From NCBI RefSeq assembly GCF_009914755.1, contig NC_060939.1: 64,000 nt of DNA; one strand, 5' to 3'. Made by a program: the position numbers and the translations under genes. The DNA comes from the human T2T-CHM13v2.0 reference genome, Homo sapiens. Under the pieces are notes generated by a model. The model ran no database searches and had not been told where the DNA came from. It was given only the letters and a program-made list of their open reading frames with translations. The first letter of the stretch is position 1, and each line of letters begins with the position of its first letter. This document shows, piece after piece, positions 1-15,850 of this stretch.

Positions 1-1573
1 TCCATTATTACATGCAAGAAAGTGAGACCACATAATAACACAGGTGTCCCTTCCACTTATAGCTCACTTTCTTCCCCATAACTTGGCTTTGCATCTCATA
101 AACTCTGAAAATTACATATCATTTTTATTGGGGTGGATGGGTTCTCTTGCATATTACTTATTTAATTAGGCCAAATCAGAGTAAAAAGAATACATCATTA
201 TTTTCAATGCTCAGAGTAATGGGGCAGTGTTATCCATCGGTCTAGGGACTCTGTGGTAATTAGTGAAGATCATGTAGGGTAGGTAATATCCAGGATGTGT
301 GCATGAGACACAAATGGAGCCTAAAGCTAGAATTAGATCCAGGAAGGGGCTGTTCATTTGATTGTTTGACAAATAATGATTCATTTGAGATGACAGAATT
401 GAGGCATTTGAAGAACCCAACATATAAGTAGATTCTTGAAATACCATCAAAATAAAGTAGAAAAAGATATCTATACTGTGACAATCAGTGAGCTGAAAAC
501 TGAAGAACATCCTCTTCCTGCAGAAGAATCAGCTCTTTATTTTTCTATCCAGGTTCTCTATGCTAAGATTTAAATCTCTGAGATAGAGAATTCCATTGGT
601 ATAGCCACGGCCCACACCTTGGGTAAAGAAGAATAGACACAGACTCTTCACCACTCTTGGACTCCATGCAGTAGGGCTAAGAATTTCTTCAAAGGAAAAT
701 CAAGGTGCTACTACCAGACAAATAGAAAATAGATGGTGGACAGGCAAAAACAAATGATGTCTACTACAGTTTAGATGCACGGTATCAAATTTTTGAAAAG
801 GTAAACATATGCTCATTCCGATAGTCTGTGTGTCTCCTTAGATAAAAATAAGCAGGCCATTGCTTTCTTGTCATGTAAAGAGACCTTTCTCCAAATATAA
901 TCTTAATTTTCATCAATATCTTTCCTTTTTTCCTTTCTTTGTTCTATTCGTCATTCCTTTATTTTGCTTTCCTTTTTGCATTGAAATTTTCTTTCAAGTG
1001 TTCTTTTCTTAGTTTCTTTGATCTGATTGATAAAGTTTTTAATGCTATGGAACTCAAGGCTGTTACATGGAAAAAAGCGCATACTTTACAATGTCACCAC
1101 GGTCCAATCTGCTATTCCATATCTTTGTATTAAAGTGGAAAAACAGCTGACCTAACTCAGTCTTCTTTCCAAACAGAATTAAAGTCACATGCACATTGAA
1201 CTGAATATATATGTTCAAATTTTAGATAAAAATTATGAAGTTATAATAATGAATGTGTTACCTTTTAAAAGTTTGCACTAGAAAAAACTACTGACAACAT
1301 GGCACTTAGATATATAATAATTTGTGAAGGTCAGTAGAATGCATGTTTCTGCTCATATTTACCTCATTGGGATTGGTTCAGTTCCAGAGCTATAACCACA
1401 TAGTTTCAAGATATGAATGGAAACTAAATTTTCTAAATTTTTTTTCCTCTTGAAAAATGTTTGAAATCCAATTATTCAAATTTATTTGGATGAATTAGCT
1501 ACACTAAGAGATAGGTAGACCTGTTGCATTCTTCGAAGAAAAAAGTGCTGTATTCATACTTTTAAAAAACTTT

Positions 1574-1932
<359 letters not shown>

Positions 1933-2270
1933 TTAACATGTGTAAAGTGTGGGGTGCATGTGTGTGTCATTATTATTAACTTTGACAGAGACAAGTATCC
2001 TTACCATCTAACTTTAATCTCATCAAAACGCTTCTGTTTGCTTCTTATAATTTGTTTGTATAAACATGTTCTATTATTTAATCAACTGTAGTACAATACT
2101 TATGTTTCAGATGATCATGCTCAACATCTGATCACTCTCTTGTATATCCAGCATTTCCTGAAAGTACCAGCCCTACTCTACCAAAGAAAGCAGTTTTGTG
2201 AATCAGTAGTTTAGAAAATGTAATTTTTATAAAATCCACCTAACTTTACTTAGCACATCATTTCATAGAC

Positions 2271-2577
2271 GATTGATTGACTGATTGATTGACTGAGACA
2301 GGGTCTTGCTCTGTGGCCCAGGCTGGAGGACAGTGGTGCTATCATAGCTCACTGCAGCCTTGACCTCCTGGGCTCAAGCAATTCTCCCACCTCCGCCTCC
2401 CGAGTAGCTGAGACTATAGGCATGCACCACAACACCCGGCTAATTTTTTAATTCTTTTATAGAGATGAGGTTTTGTCATGTTGCCTGGGCTGGTCTCAAA
2501 CTCCTGGGCTCAAGAAGTCTGCCCACCTCTGCCTCCCAAAGTGCTGAGATTACAAGCATGAACCACCACACCCAGCC
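2271..2577 (-). mobile_element. AluJ; tail converted to (GATT/GACT)n
   Basis: GAGACAGGGTCTTGCTCTG...ATCATAGCTCACTGCAGCCTTGACCTCCTGGGCTCAAGC (J-type); flanks TCATAGAC / TCACAGAC resemble a TSD. Confidence 0.95.
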
Positions 2578-3404
2578 TCACAGACTTATTTATTATGGGA
2601 TGTTTCTCCCCTTGTAATTCTTACTAGCACATACTAATGTGTTAGTATTCTTAGAAACCAAGAATTTGAATATCTCAAATATCTGTTTATTTGATAATAT
2701 GTAGATGAGTAATCTTAATAACTGATCAAAATTTCTGTTTATTTACTGAAAGGCTTGGGAATGTATAAATAAAATCTTAGCCTCTTGGTTGAGAAGGCAA
2801 AATAGAACATAGTAACAAAATTAAAATGTGAGAAAAAAGATGTGACAAGGTTTTACTTTTAGCATTCTCCAATTTGAGAGAGCAGAATTTTGTAACAATA
2901 AACATGTTCCAAATTATGTATAAGAAGATGTAGCAAAGGCAGTTTTGAGTGAGACTTTGGAATTTTTGGACTTCTGATCCTGGCACTCCTGTCTGGGTTT
3001 CGAAGGTCAGAGGAAACTAGAGGAGAAAGGAAAGAAAGAGGGAATGGCATCCTTATCTACTATCTTTGCTTCATCCTGATGGTCCAAACAGAACCTTTGA
3101 GAAGTCAGTGGGGATACAAACATAAAAAGAACTAATGAGAGGCCAGGACACCAATTAACCAGTTCACTGATCAGAAGGCTCAGAACCTTCTAGTTGCTAC
3201 TACTTCCATTAGAAAATAATTGTTTGGGGGCAAAGGAAGCAAAAATCAACAGGAAAACGAAGCAAATACCTCTTACGGAAGAGGGAAATTTATAGAGAAC
3301 AAACATCATTGGCCATTGTGTTTTCCTTAACACCATGTGCCAGATACACAAGAACTGAGTTTTCTGAAACACTGTGACAGCAAAGTTTGCTTTGCCTGTG
3401 ACAA

Positions 3405-3628
3405 GAATGAAAGAAAATGAAGAAAGGGAAAGAGGAAAGGAGGGAAAGAGGGAGAGAGAGGGGAAAGGAAGGAAGAACACAAGGAGAGAGGAAGAGAGGG
3501 AGCAAGAGAAAAGGAGAAAGAGGAAGGATGAGAGAGGGAGAGAGGAAGGAAGGAGAGAGGGAGGGGGAGAAGAAGGAAGGAAAGGAGGGAGGGAGGGAGG
3601 GGAGATAAAGAGATGCTGTAGAGGAGGA
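3405..3628 (+). repeat. GA-rich polypurine low-complexity tract
   Basis: About 220 nt almost entirely A/G (GGAA, GAGG, GAGA units). Confidence 0.95.
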
Positions 3629-4859
3629 AAACTTGTCTTGTCAATAACTGGTGTTCGTGAGTGAGTGAGAGTTGGCCTGATAGATGGCACTGTGCTGTGT
3701 GACCTGAGCAGTGACTAGAAGCCAGAAGAGTTGGGTTCTATTCTCTACCGTCTTAGACTCTATTGCCTGAAACGAGTCCCTTCACCTTATGCACTTCCTT
3801 TTCCAACTTGAAAATGTTAATCTAGAGGAAAGCATGCTGACATAGTCTAAGAATGAGACAATGTGAACACTTGAGAAAGACCTGAAATAGTTAAAGGCAT
3901 GGTCAGGCTTGGGAAAGGCTTACTGAGGCCACATGTTTTCCCAGTGTATGACCTGCAGGCACACACCTGGGCTCGGTCAGGTTACAGCCCACTCCCTACC
4001 CCCCAGGTCAGGCCCTGGTCAATGATAGACCTAGGACCCTCCTTAATTAAGCATACCAATCACCTAAAGCAACAAGAGGGTATTTGGGAATATTGGATGT
4101 CACTCAGCCTCTCTTTAGACTTCCTTTCCCTTTAATTATTTCAAAAGAAAAACACTAACTTTTTTTTAAGTTAAAAATAACAAAAGCAAAGTCCCTTAAA
4201 GGAATGGATATCTGTAGAGATTAAGTAATGAATGACTGCCTGGACTTTTAACTGCCCTGTATCTGCTGCCAAAGTTGATGCTACTTTGAATTTAGGCAGC
4301 TCTAGATTCTTTAATTCCACCTGCTTGGCCCTACCGATGCCTCATTTGGAAAATGTCAATGATCAGTTACCATCTGGTTTCCTGAAAAAAAAAAAAAGTT
4401 TGGAAATGCTTAGTTGATTCCTTCTTACTTTGAATCATTTTGTTGCTGTTGCTGATGCTGCTCCTTAAATCTAAGGAGCCAGTGGCTGTTTAAAAACATT
4501 AATGCTGCTTTCCTATTCAAGGAGAGATTTTCTTCAGAAAGGTCCCTAAATCACTAATGGCTTTCAGGAATTTATCACATCAAAGAGAAAAGAGAGAAAC
4601 TTTCACTTATCCAATGGGAATTACAGGTATATGGGAGGGCCTCCCTCCAGCTAAAAATTAGATGAGTCAGTTGCAAGTTTATAATCGATCTTATGCAATA
4701 TATGTCATGAAGATTTAAATATAAAAGAGGCTTTGCTTCTCCCTTTATCAGAAAGTAGAGTTCAGAAGATAAACTAATGAAACTTGATTTTTTAAAAAGC
4801 TCTAGTTAGGGACTATTAAGCTATATGAATTTCCTTTATTCACCCTCTCATTTCATTTC

Positions 4860-5729
<870 letters not shown>

Positions 5730-6707
5730 ACATTAAAATATTACTGAATGGTGTTTACAATGTCAGCTCTAGAATATTAGTTAACACATTGCTTTATTTG
5801 AATTTTTCAACAACCCCTTGATATCTGTATAGTTGTTATTAATAGCCCCATGAGGAAACAAATATTTGGCGAAGTTATGGCTTGCTCAAGACCACACAGT
5901 GAAACCCACTCTACTCGAAAACTCTAGAAGCTCATTTTTCATTTGTTTGCTAGCATAGAGTCTTCAAAAGTGAAGTCAGAAATCAGTAACTCTTCTACCA
6001 GTTCTTTTACTGCTTTGCCCTTTTCAATCATCTTTTTTTGGTACCCAGTGGCTATTTTCCAAGACATCCCCTGCCCTCTTGGCTAATATCACAACCTTTG
6101 AATTTTTACCATAACTCCTTATTTTTGAGAATTATTTCCACTTCTGTCTTCTTTCCCTCCCTTCAAGATGACAATCCTCTAACCTGAAAAACTGAACTGC
6201 ACATATATTATTATGTGACAATTGCATAATTGCCTGTCATATCCTATATTTTTGGACTTTAGCAGAGTTCTCCTAAATAAAAATTGTAACCTAAAGAACT
6301 TAATGATGATGAGAATTAAAAACAGAGATCGGCTAACATATTGTTAATTTGGTAACCCACCAAACAAATAATCTATGCAGGCAGTCGTGCCCTACAGTGC
6401 CTACATAAATATGAATACTGACATTTAGATCAAATTTGTTAATAACATTCTTAGCATAAGTAATTACATATTATTAGCATAAGTAATGATCCATATTGCT
6501 CATATATGTATCTCTAGGAAAATCATATAATGCACTAGTGAAATGAATGACATGAGATTTTGGCTTCCCTTGTAGGATAGGATGTAGTATTCAGGAGGAT
6601 TGTCCAGTGTTAGTGTAAGATAGACCTGGGTTTGAGTCCCAGTTCAGTCACTTATAGGTGATGTGACCTTGAACATGTGCTTAATTTCTTTGTCTCTCAG
6701 AGTCATC

Positions 6708-6850
6708 AAGGAAGGAAGGAAGGGAGGAAGGGAAGGAAGGAGAAAGAGAAGGAAGGGAAGGGAAGGGAAAGGAAGGGAAGGGAAGGGGAGAGGAGGGGAG
6801 GGGAGGGGAGAAAAGAAAAGAAAATGAAAAGAAAAGAGAAAAGAAAAGAA
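6708..6850 (+). repeat. GA-rich tract, (GGAA)n/(GAAAA)n
   Basis: Polypurine run directly upstream of an Alu. Confidence 0.95.
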
Positions 6851-7259
<409 letters not shown>

Positions 7260-8095
7260 CTATATTTCCCATACAGTGGTAGTACAGTATTAAAAAATAA
7301 TGTCTGTAAAACCAACCCATAGCTCTATGTCTGGCACAGAGTAGGCTTTCAAAAAGTGGTGGCTTCCAGCAATAAAAAAGCAAATACTTACACGTTGCTA
7401 GCTTTTATATCCTTTGCAAAGAGAATAAATTGGAGTTAAAATTGAGTATAAGAAGGTCTCAGGTTCAGAAAATCAGAGGCTAAATATTTTCTAAATGTGG
7501 ATTCTCCCTAGGTTGAGATATTTCATATACAGGAAATGACAATAAGCCAAACACTGTTTAAGAGAGATGTGGAGTTTTTGCCTCAAAAATTAATTCTGTA
7601 GCTTCAAATTAAGCTCACCACATGTAAAGCAAAGTTTACTTTTAATCTTTCTTAGTCCTTACAATAAAAGTTACATTTTCAACCAACAGGTTCTTTCTAT
7701 TAAACTCCACACTTCACTGGCATAATTAAGACTCATCTAGAATAGAATCAACTTTGACATGTGGCAGGAGAGGCCATAGTTAATTCCTTATTACCTCATA
7801 ACCTTGGATGTGTTGAGATGTGTTTCTGTGATGGAGCAAGGAAGCCAGGTGTTCTTCCCCCACGTTGTAAATGTCTCCATTCTCAGGCTTAGGCTTCCCC
7901 TCAAGAGGGCAGCCACTCAGTGACTGGCCTACTCTAAACCTTGTCTTGATAATTTACGGAACTGTCCAACCACAGCTTAAATGGGTCCTCAGAAAAAATG
8001 GAGCCTAACTTCCCAACAAGTGAAGATGTTCCCTCTGCAATCCACAGAAGATGACTCTAGGAAAGAAATAGGAACATTAATATAAATTTATTTCT

Positions 8096-8385
8096 GGCTG
8101 GGCACCATGGCCCATGCCTGCAACCCCAGCACTTTAGGAGGCCAAGGCAGGGAGATTGTCCGAGACCAGAAGTTCAAGGCCAACCTGGGAAACATAGAAA
8201 AACCCCCATCTCCAGAAATAAAATAAAATAGCCAGACATAGTGGTGCAGACCCACAGTCCTAAGTACTCAGGAGGCCTAAGCAATCAGGAGGATTGCTTG
8301 AGCCTGTGTTTGAGGTTCGAGTGAGTTATGATGGTGCCACTGTACTCTAGCTTGGGCAACAGCATGAGACCCTGTCTCTAAAAAT
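8096..8385 (+). mobile_element. AluJ, diverged
   Basis: GGCTGGGCACCATGGCCCATGCC...GGAGGATTGCTTGAGCC...GAGACCCTGTCTCTAAAAA. Confidence 0.92.
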
Positions 8386-8430
8386 ATATGTATGTGTGTG
8401 CACAAACACACACACAGTGTTAGGCCATTC

Positions 8431-8765
8431 TGTTTTTGTTGTTGTTGTTGTTGTGTTTTTTGTTTTTTGTCTTTCTTTTTTTTTTTGAGACAGTTTCACT
8501 GTGTTGCCCAGGCTGGAGTGAGTAGCTCAATCTCGGCTCACTGCAACCTCCACCTCCTGGGTTCAAGCAATTCTCATGCCTCAGCCTCCTAAGTAGTTGG
8601 AATTACAGGCGTGCACCATCATGCCTGGCTAATTTATATAATTTTAGTAGAAATGGGGTTTCATGATGTTGGCCAGGCTGGTTTCACACTCCTGACCTCA
8701 GGTGATTTTCCCTCTTTGGCCTCCCTTACTGCTGGGATTACAGGCGTGAGTCACTGCACCCGGCC
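8431..8765 (-). mobile_element. AluS inserted in the MST LTR, (TTG)n tail
   Basis: Full Alu; flanks TTAGGCCATTCT / TCAGTCATTCT form a degenerate TSD. Confidence 0.96.
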
Positions 8766-9341
8766 TCAGTCATTCTTGTGTTGCTATAAAGATATATCCA
8801 AGACTGGGTAATTTATTTTTCAAAAGATATTTAATTGGCTCAAGTTCTGTATGCTTTACAGATATCATGGTGCTGGCATTTGCTTGGCTTCTAGGAAGGC
8901 TTCAGAAAGCTTACAATCATGACAGAAAGTGGAAAGGAGTAGGCATGTCACATGGTGAAAGCAGGAGCAAGCAAGAGAGAGAGAGAGTCCAGGGAGAGGT
9001 GCCACACACTTCTAAATGACAAGATCTCACGAGGACTCACTACCATGAAGACAACATCAAGCCATGAGGGATCCACCCCCATGATCCAAACACCTCCCAC
9101 TGTCCCTACTTCCAGCATTGGGGATTACAATTCAACATGAGATTTGAGCGAGGACAAATATCCAAACTGTATCACTCTGCTCCTGACACCTCCGAAATCT
9201 CATGTCCTTCTCACATTGCATAATACAACCTGCCTTCCCAACCATCCCTCCACATCTTAACTCATTCCAGCATTAACTCAAAAGTCCGAAGTCTCATCTG
9301 AGACAAGGCAAATGCCTTCCACCTATGAGCCTGTAAAATCA

Positions 9342-9748
<407 letters not shown>

Positions 9749-9760
9749 TCAAAATTATAT

Positions 9761-9830
9761 CACACACATACACACACACACATCCAAATTATAGCTCACA
9801 CACACACACACACACACACACACCACACAC
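9761..9830 (+). repeat. Interrupted (CA)n microsatellite
   Basis: CA dinucleotide runs. Confidence 0.9.
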
Positions 9831-10002
9831 AAAGCATGCTACTCCATACAGTCCTACCTCATTTCTGTGAAGATATCAGGAGTTACCTATACCTAAAACA
9901 AAAAATAGACCCTATTCCTAAAAATAGTAGTAGGGAGATTAGGAAATCGCTTTCTAGAAGAAAGGAAGGAAATTTAAAATTTTTTTTCCTAATTGCAAAC
10001 TA

Positions 10003-10220
<218 letters not shown>

Positions 10221-11522
10221 TGAAGATATCAACGAATAGTTTGCTGTTTTATTTAAAATGCAATTAAATAAAAAAAAACTTAGGTTCTGGTTAATAAAAT
10301 TTTTCAAGTTATGAAGTCCTATTTTGTTTTCTTTTTAAAAAATTATTTTTAACTCTTTTCTGCTTTTAGAAGTTTTTTATGCTTACTTTAGATAAAAAGT
10401 ATAGACAAATATAGAAAAGAGCGATGAAGCAATACAAACTACTCATCATCCCTCCATTTACTTAGAGTGAAAGGTTATTAATATTTTGGAGTTTGTTCTA
10501 ATCTCCCTCCCATGTGTTTGTGTGTATATATTGGTTTTACAGGAATAGCGACATATTTTGTCATATGTGTTACCTGTTTTCATTCATAGAAAGTAATTTC
10601 ATACACACTTCTTAATGCCATTTAATATCATTAAGGCAGAATATTACTGGCTATATATTAACCAGCAATAGTAGTATATGCCACCCAATTTTTGATAGCT
10701 TGCAGTGGTAACATTTTACATCAACTGGGAGAAATTGAATTAATTAAGCACTGATGATAGAAACTTTTGTCAAGGCTGAGGATGGGGTTAGGTCCTCACC
10801 TCACGTTATAGACTAAAATAAATCACAATTATGGTTAAATGTAAAAATTAAAATATAAAATATTTCTAAATATGCAGTAAAGCATAAAACAAAAGTCTAT
10901 TAAATTATAATTTGAAGAATTTCTGTTTAACAACAATATAACATGTTAATCAAATTAGGAAAAACATTTGTGACACTTTAATAGCCAGTATATGTAAATG
11001 GGTAATATAACATATGAAAATAATTACAAATTACAAATACTCCAAGGAAAAATTTGTAAAGCACATTAGGAGGCAAATTTCAGAAAAGAAATGCAAAATA
11101 TTCAATTTCAGTAGCAATCAAAGAAATATACTCCTCCAATGCCATTTTCTATTCTTATTGGTTTACTTTTTCTTCAAATCAAATCACCACCTGACACTAT
11201 AGATATAAAAACTATTATTCTATATGTAACTTTTTTCCCTCAATGCAGCGCAAGTTACATAAAAACTGTTGTCCTTTTATTCATTGTTGTATAGCCTCAA
11301 TAACAGGCCTGTTTTAAAGTATGTGTGAGTCAGCTATGACTATGTACCAAATAATCTCAAATCTTAGTGTCATGTAACAATAAGTGTTTACTTATTGTTC
11401 AGTCAGCCAAGATGACTCAGCTTCATAGTGCAAGTTGGCTTATCGTCCTCCTGTGATCAGCAGGCAGAATGGGGCATGCAGCGCTTCAGGGGATGGAATA
11501 AATACAAGAAGGTATGACCAAC

Positions 11523-12074
11523 TGTGTCCCGAGTTCGTTCCTTCCAGCGTGTTCGTGGTATCACTGACTTCAGGAATGAAGCTGCAGACTTTGTGATGAG
11601 TGTTACAGCTCTTAAAGGTGGTGCTGACCCAAAGAGTGAGCAGCAGCAAGATTTATTGTGAAGAGTGAAAGAACAAAACTTCTACGGCATGGAAGGGGAC
11701 CCGAGTGGTTGTTACTGCTGTGTGGGGTGGCCAGCTTTTATTGCTTTATTTGTCCCCACCCATGTCCTGCTGATTGGTCCATTTTACAGAGTGCTGATTG
11801 GCGCATTTTACAGAGCACTGATTGGTCCATTTTACAGGGTGCTGATTGGTCCATTTTACAAACCTCTAGCTAGCCACAGAACCCTGATTGATGAGTTTTT
11901 ACAGAGTGCTGATTGGTGCATTTTACGAACCTCTAGCTAGCCACAGAGTGCTGATTGGTGCGTTTTGCAATCCTAGCTACAGAATGCTGATTGGTGCATT
12001 TTACAATCTCTTGTAAGACAGAAAAGTTCTCCAAGTGCCACCTGACCCAGAAGTCCAGCTGGCTTCACCTCTCA
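11523..12074 (-). mobile_element. Solo ERV9 LTR (LTR12 family, LTR12F-like)
   Basis: TG...CA termini; GAGTGTTACAGCTCTTAAAGG...GAGCAGCAGCAAGATTTATTG; tandem GTGCTGATTGGTCCATTTTACAGA units; 4-bp flanks CAAC / CAGC. Confidence 0.92.
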
Positions 12075-12149
12075 CAGCCATGAAATCTCATTTTAAGTCC
12101 CTCTTACATATCTTCTAACTGGAAATTCATCAAAGGAAGTCACAATACC

Positions 12150-12214
12150 AAGCTCAAAATCAAGGGTAGGAAGCTCAAAATCAAGGGTAGGAAGCTCAAA
12201 ATCAAGGGTAGGAA
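12150..12214 (+). repeat. Three perfect copies of the 21-mer AAGCTCAAAATCAAGGGTAGG
   Basis: Units at 12150-12170, 12171-12191 and 12192-12212. Confidence 0.97.
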
Positions 12215-15059
12215 AGTATACGCACCTATATATACACATACATGTACATACATATACACATGCATATATATATGGAGAGAGAGAGTGAGCATGCTAAAAC
12301 AAAAAGATGTTACATTCACCTATTATTAATATGCTTAATTGCAATAGGCAATGCTAATGAAAATGTGCAAAAGTGAGGTTTATATCCTTCTTTGGTCCAG
12401 TAATTTATTTCTATGAAATGAACATTACAACTATAACCAGAAATGCACTTAACATTTTTTTCCATGAATGTCTATTGCAATATTATCTATATTACAAAAA
12501 TTGGAATCAATCTACCGTTATTCTGAGATGGCTCTTTCTTTTCTTACTGTATTTAATTTGTCCGAACATAGTCAACATTTCTCATTATTGCATATGATGG
12601 CTTGCAATTGGCCAAATAAGAGAAATGCATTTTTTCCCTATGAAATCTTCTACAACTATTTGAGTTCATTAATTTATAAATCATTGATGAGCATCTGGTG
12701 ACTTTTAAAAATAAATTAGTAATATTCCTTCTGTCCTAAAATTGACCAAATAAACAGATTTCTGGGGAGAGAATGTGTCTATAAAGCTCACAACAGTTAA
12801 AAAATGTGCAATGATAGATAAAGAAATATGTTCTGTATATTAAAGGGTCCAGATCAAGGACAACTAACTCAACTGCAAGAATCAGGGCAGAACCCTCAAG
12901 GAGGAAAAGTTCAAATCCATGCTTTGGGTCTAAATGTGATAAGAAATGGTAAACATTCACAAGGGTTAGTCAATATCAGTAATGTCAACAATACATAATA
13001 CCTTTGAAAATGTCAAGATTACATTAATGTATTTTACCCATAGCTTTTGGTGGACATCTCCAACCCCACTTCTAGGGAGGGAAGGGGGCGCACTTTCTCT
13101 GAGTCCAAACCCTCTGGAGAAAATATGAAGTCAGCTTTGTTAAGTGACTCTAATAGGGTACAGGAATGGATTCCAGCTACTTCTGGTTCTCGGTCCTGGT
13201 TTTACTTTCTGTTTTATCGTCCCCAATAAATGTAGCAGGGAGAGGAGATGAGGGTCCATTCATTTATCAAGGTTGGTTGGAAAAACAAAAGTAATTGTAA
13301 TTGAATAGTCTTCTCTTATTTCATAACATCCAAAATATAAACTGATGGAAATTATTCATTGCCAAAGGCCACTGTGACAGGCAGAAGGCTATCAAGTAGG
13401 TGGCATGGCAAAGCCACTGGAAGGCTCACAGGCATTATATTTTATTCTTTCTTTTGTTCACCCATTTATTAATTTGTTTAACAAATATTGCAACAAATAT
13501 TGGAAGACAGACTCCTTAGTTTCTTAAGAATGGTTTAGGACCATAAACATATTTCTTATGATGATCAATTAACACTACATTAATATTCTCAAAGAGGGTA
13601 GTAAGCTATCTTCAAACCAAGGCCCATCCGCATCCTTGCTTAATGGGTTAGAAACACTGCATTTAAGAAACAAGAGTTTGTTCTCCTATCACAAATAATT
13701 TAAAAGACCAAATCAGGAATTAAGTGAATCTAAGTATTTTATTCTTTCTAAAAATGTAAAGAAATGGAGGGTCACTTAATCCAAAGCACCTGCTACTCCT
13801 TTTGATTCATTTTGGGTAAAAGTGGGCCTTGAGGGATGGGCCTGGAACCCCTGATTTAAGCAGCATCAGCAAAAAACAAAAACCGAAAAAAACCCCGGCT
13901 TATCTTTATCTGGAATTAACTACAAATTCAATTAGAATAAAAATCTTCACCCACCCCGTGGAAAAGATTTTACACAAAGAAAAGCAGATGTTGCAACAAC
14001 ATTGAGAGCACTTTGCTTAGCAGTGTATGGAATTTTCCATCTTGTAAGCCCAATCACCGGTGAAAGATACACAGAGCCAGCTTCTCTAACTCACAAAACG
14101 ACTTCCATTTCCCATGCTCCTTTAATTAGATTTACTTCTTTAACCAAAGTAATATTGGGTTGAAGGAAGGAAGGGCGGGGTGGGGGAGACTCTACTTAAT
14201 ACTGGCTTAGCAAGTTTAGAGAAGGATGAAGGGTAAGAGGTGGAGGTCTATTTTGGGGTTATTTTACAGATAAAGCTTTTCTTATTTATTAGGAGTTTGT
14301 TCAGTTAGAAAAAAATAGTAACAAAATTAATTGCTAAAGGTTATGCTGAGATCATACCTTAGTTCTATTTTCAGCTTTGAACAGATTATAGGACAATGAA
14401 GCATAAATAGAAATTAGAAAAGATTTTGAACAGACGCCCTGTAGCACTTTTTCACATCGGGATGAGAAATGTGCAGAACGGCCTATGAGGCAAAGTTATA
14501 AATGGAGAGGAACCAGGATCATGTAGGCCGCACTTGGGGAATAGAATGTGGGAACAGAAGGGGCCTAGAGGGGCTTCAGTGACCTCTGTTTGGTTTCTGG
14601 AAATGTTTTAAGTTTGTCTTTTTTAAGCCTACCTTAATTTGTATTTGTTAACCAGAATAGAGAGAGAGCCCCAAAGACAAACCTGAGTTTTTGCCGGAGA
14701 GAAGCCGTGAACTTACTTGCTTATAAACTTAATTGCAAGTGACCATTCACTCTTCAGGGTTGTGCCCAATACCAAGTAAGACAAAACAAACCCATATGTG
14801 GGTCAGTTTCCATTTCTTTCCATACATTGATGTTGAAATATGTTGAAATATGCCATAGTTTTGTTCAACTTCTTCTCATTAAGGATTAGGAGAGTCTCCT
14901 AACAGGTATTTTCATTTTTGTCTCCTTAACTCAATTTTGGACTAACTCATCTCCCAAAATTCAGCAAGACTGAGTTTTCTAAAAAACAAAGCTAGCTGTG
15001 AAAGTCTCCTGTTTAAAATGAATAAGGCTCCTCATCTTCTTAGGGAAAAAATATCCTAG

Positions 15060-15850
<791 letters not shown>

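Noticed and set aside
3190-3690. Longest ORF (166 aa) and overlapping E/R/G-rich ORFs; similar ORFs at 6.6-7.4 kb and 36.5 kb
   Set aside because: Open only because GA/CT tracts lack stop codons
11765-12214. Repeated 24-mer and 21-mer units as a possible CRISPR-like array
   Set aside because: No unique spacers and a eukaryotic context; they are LTR12 enhancer repeats and a plain tandem repeat
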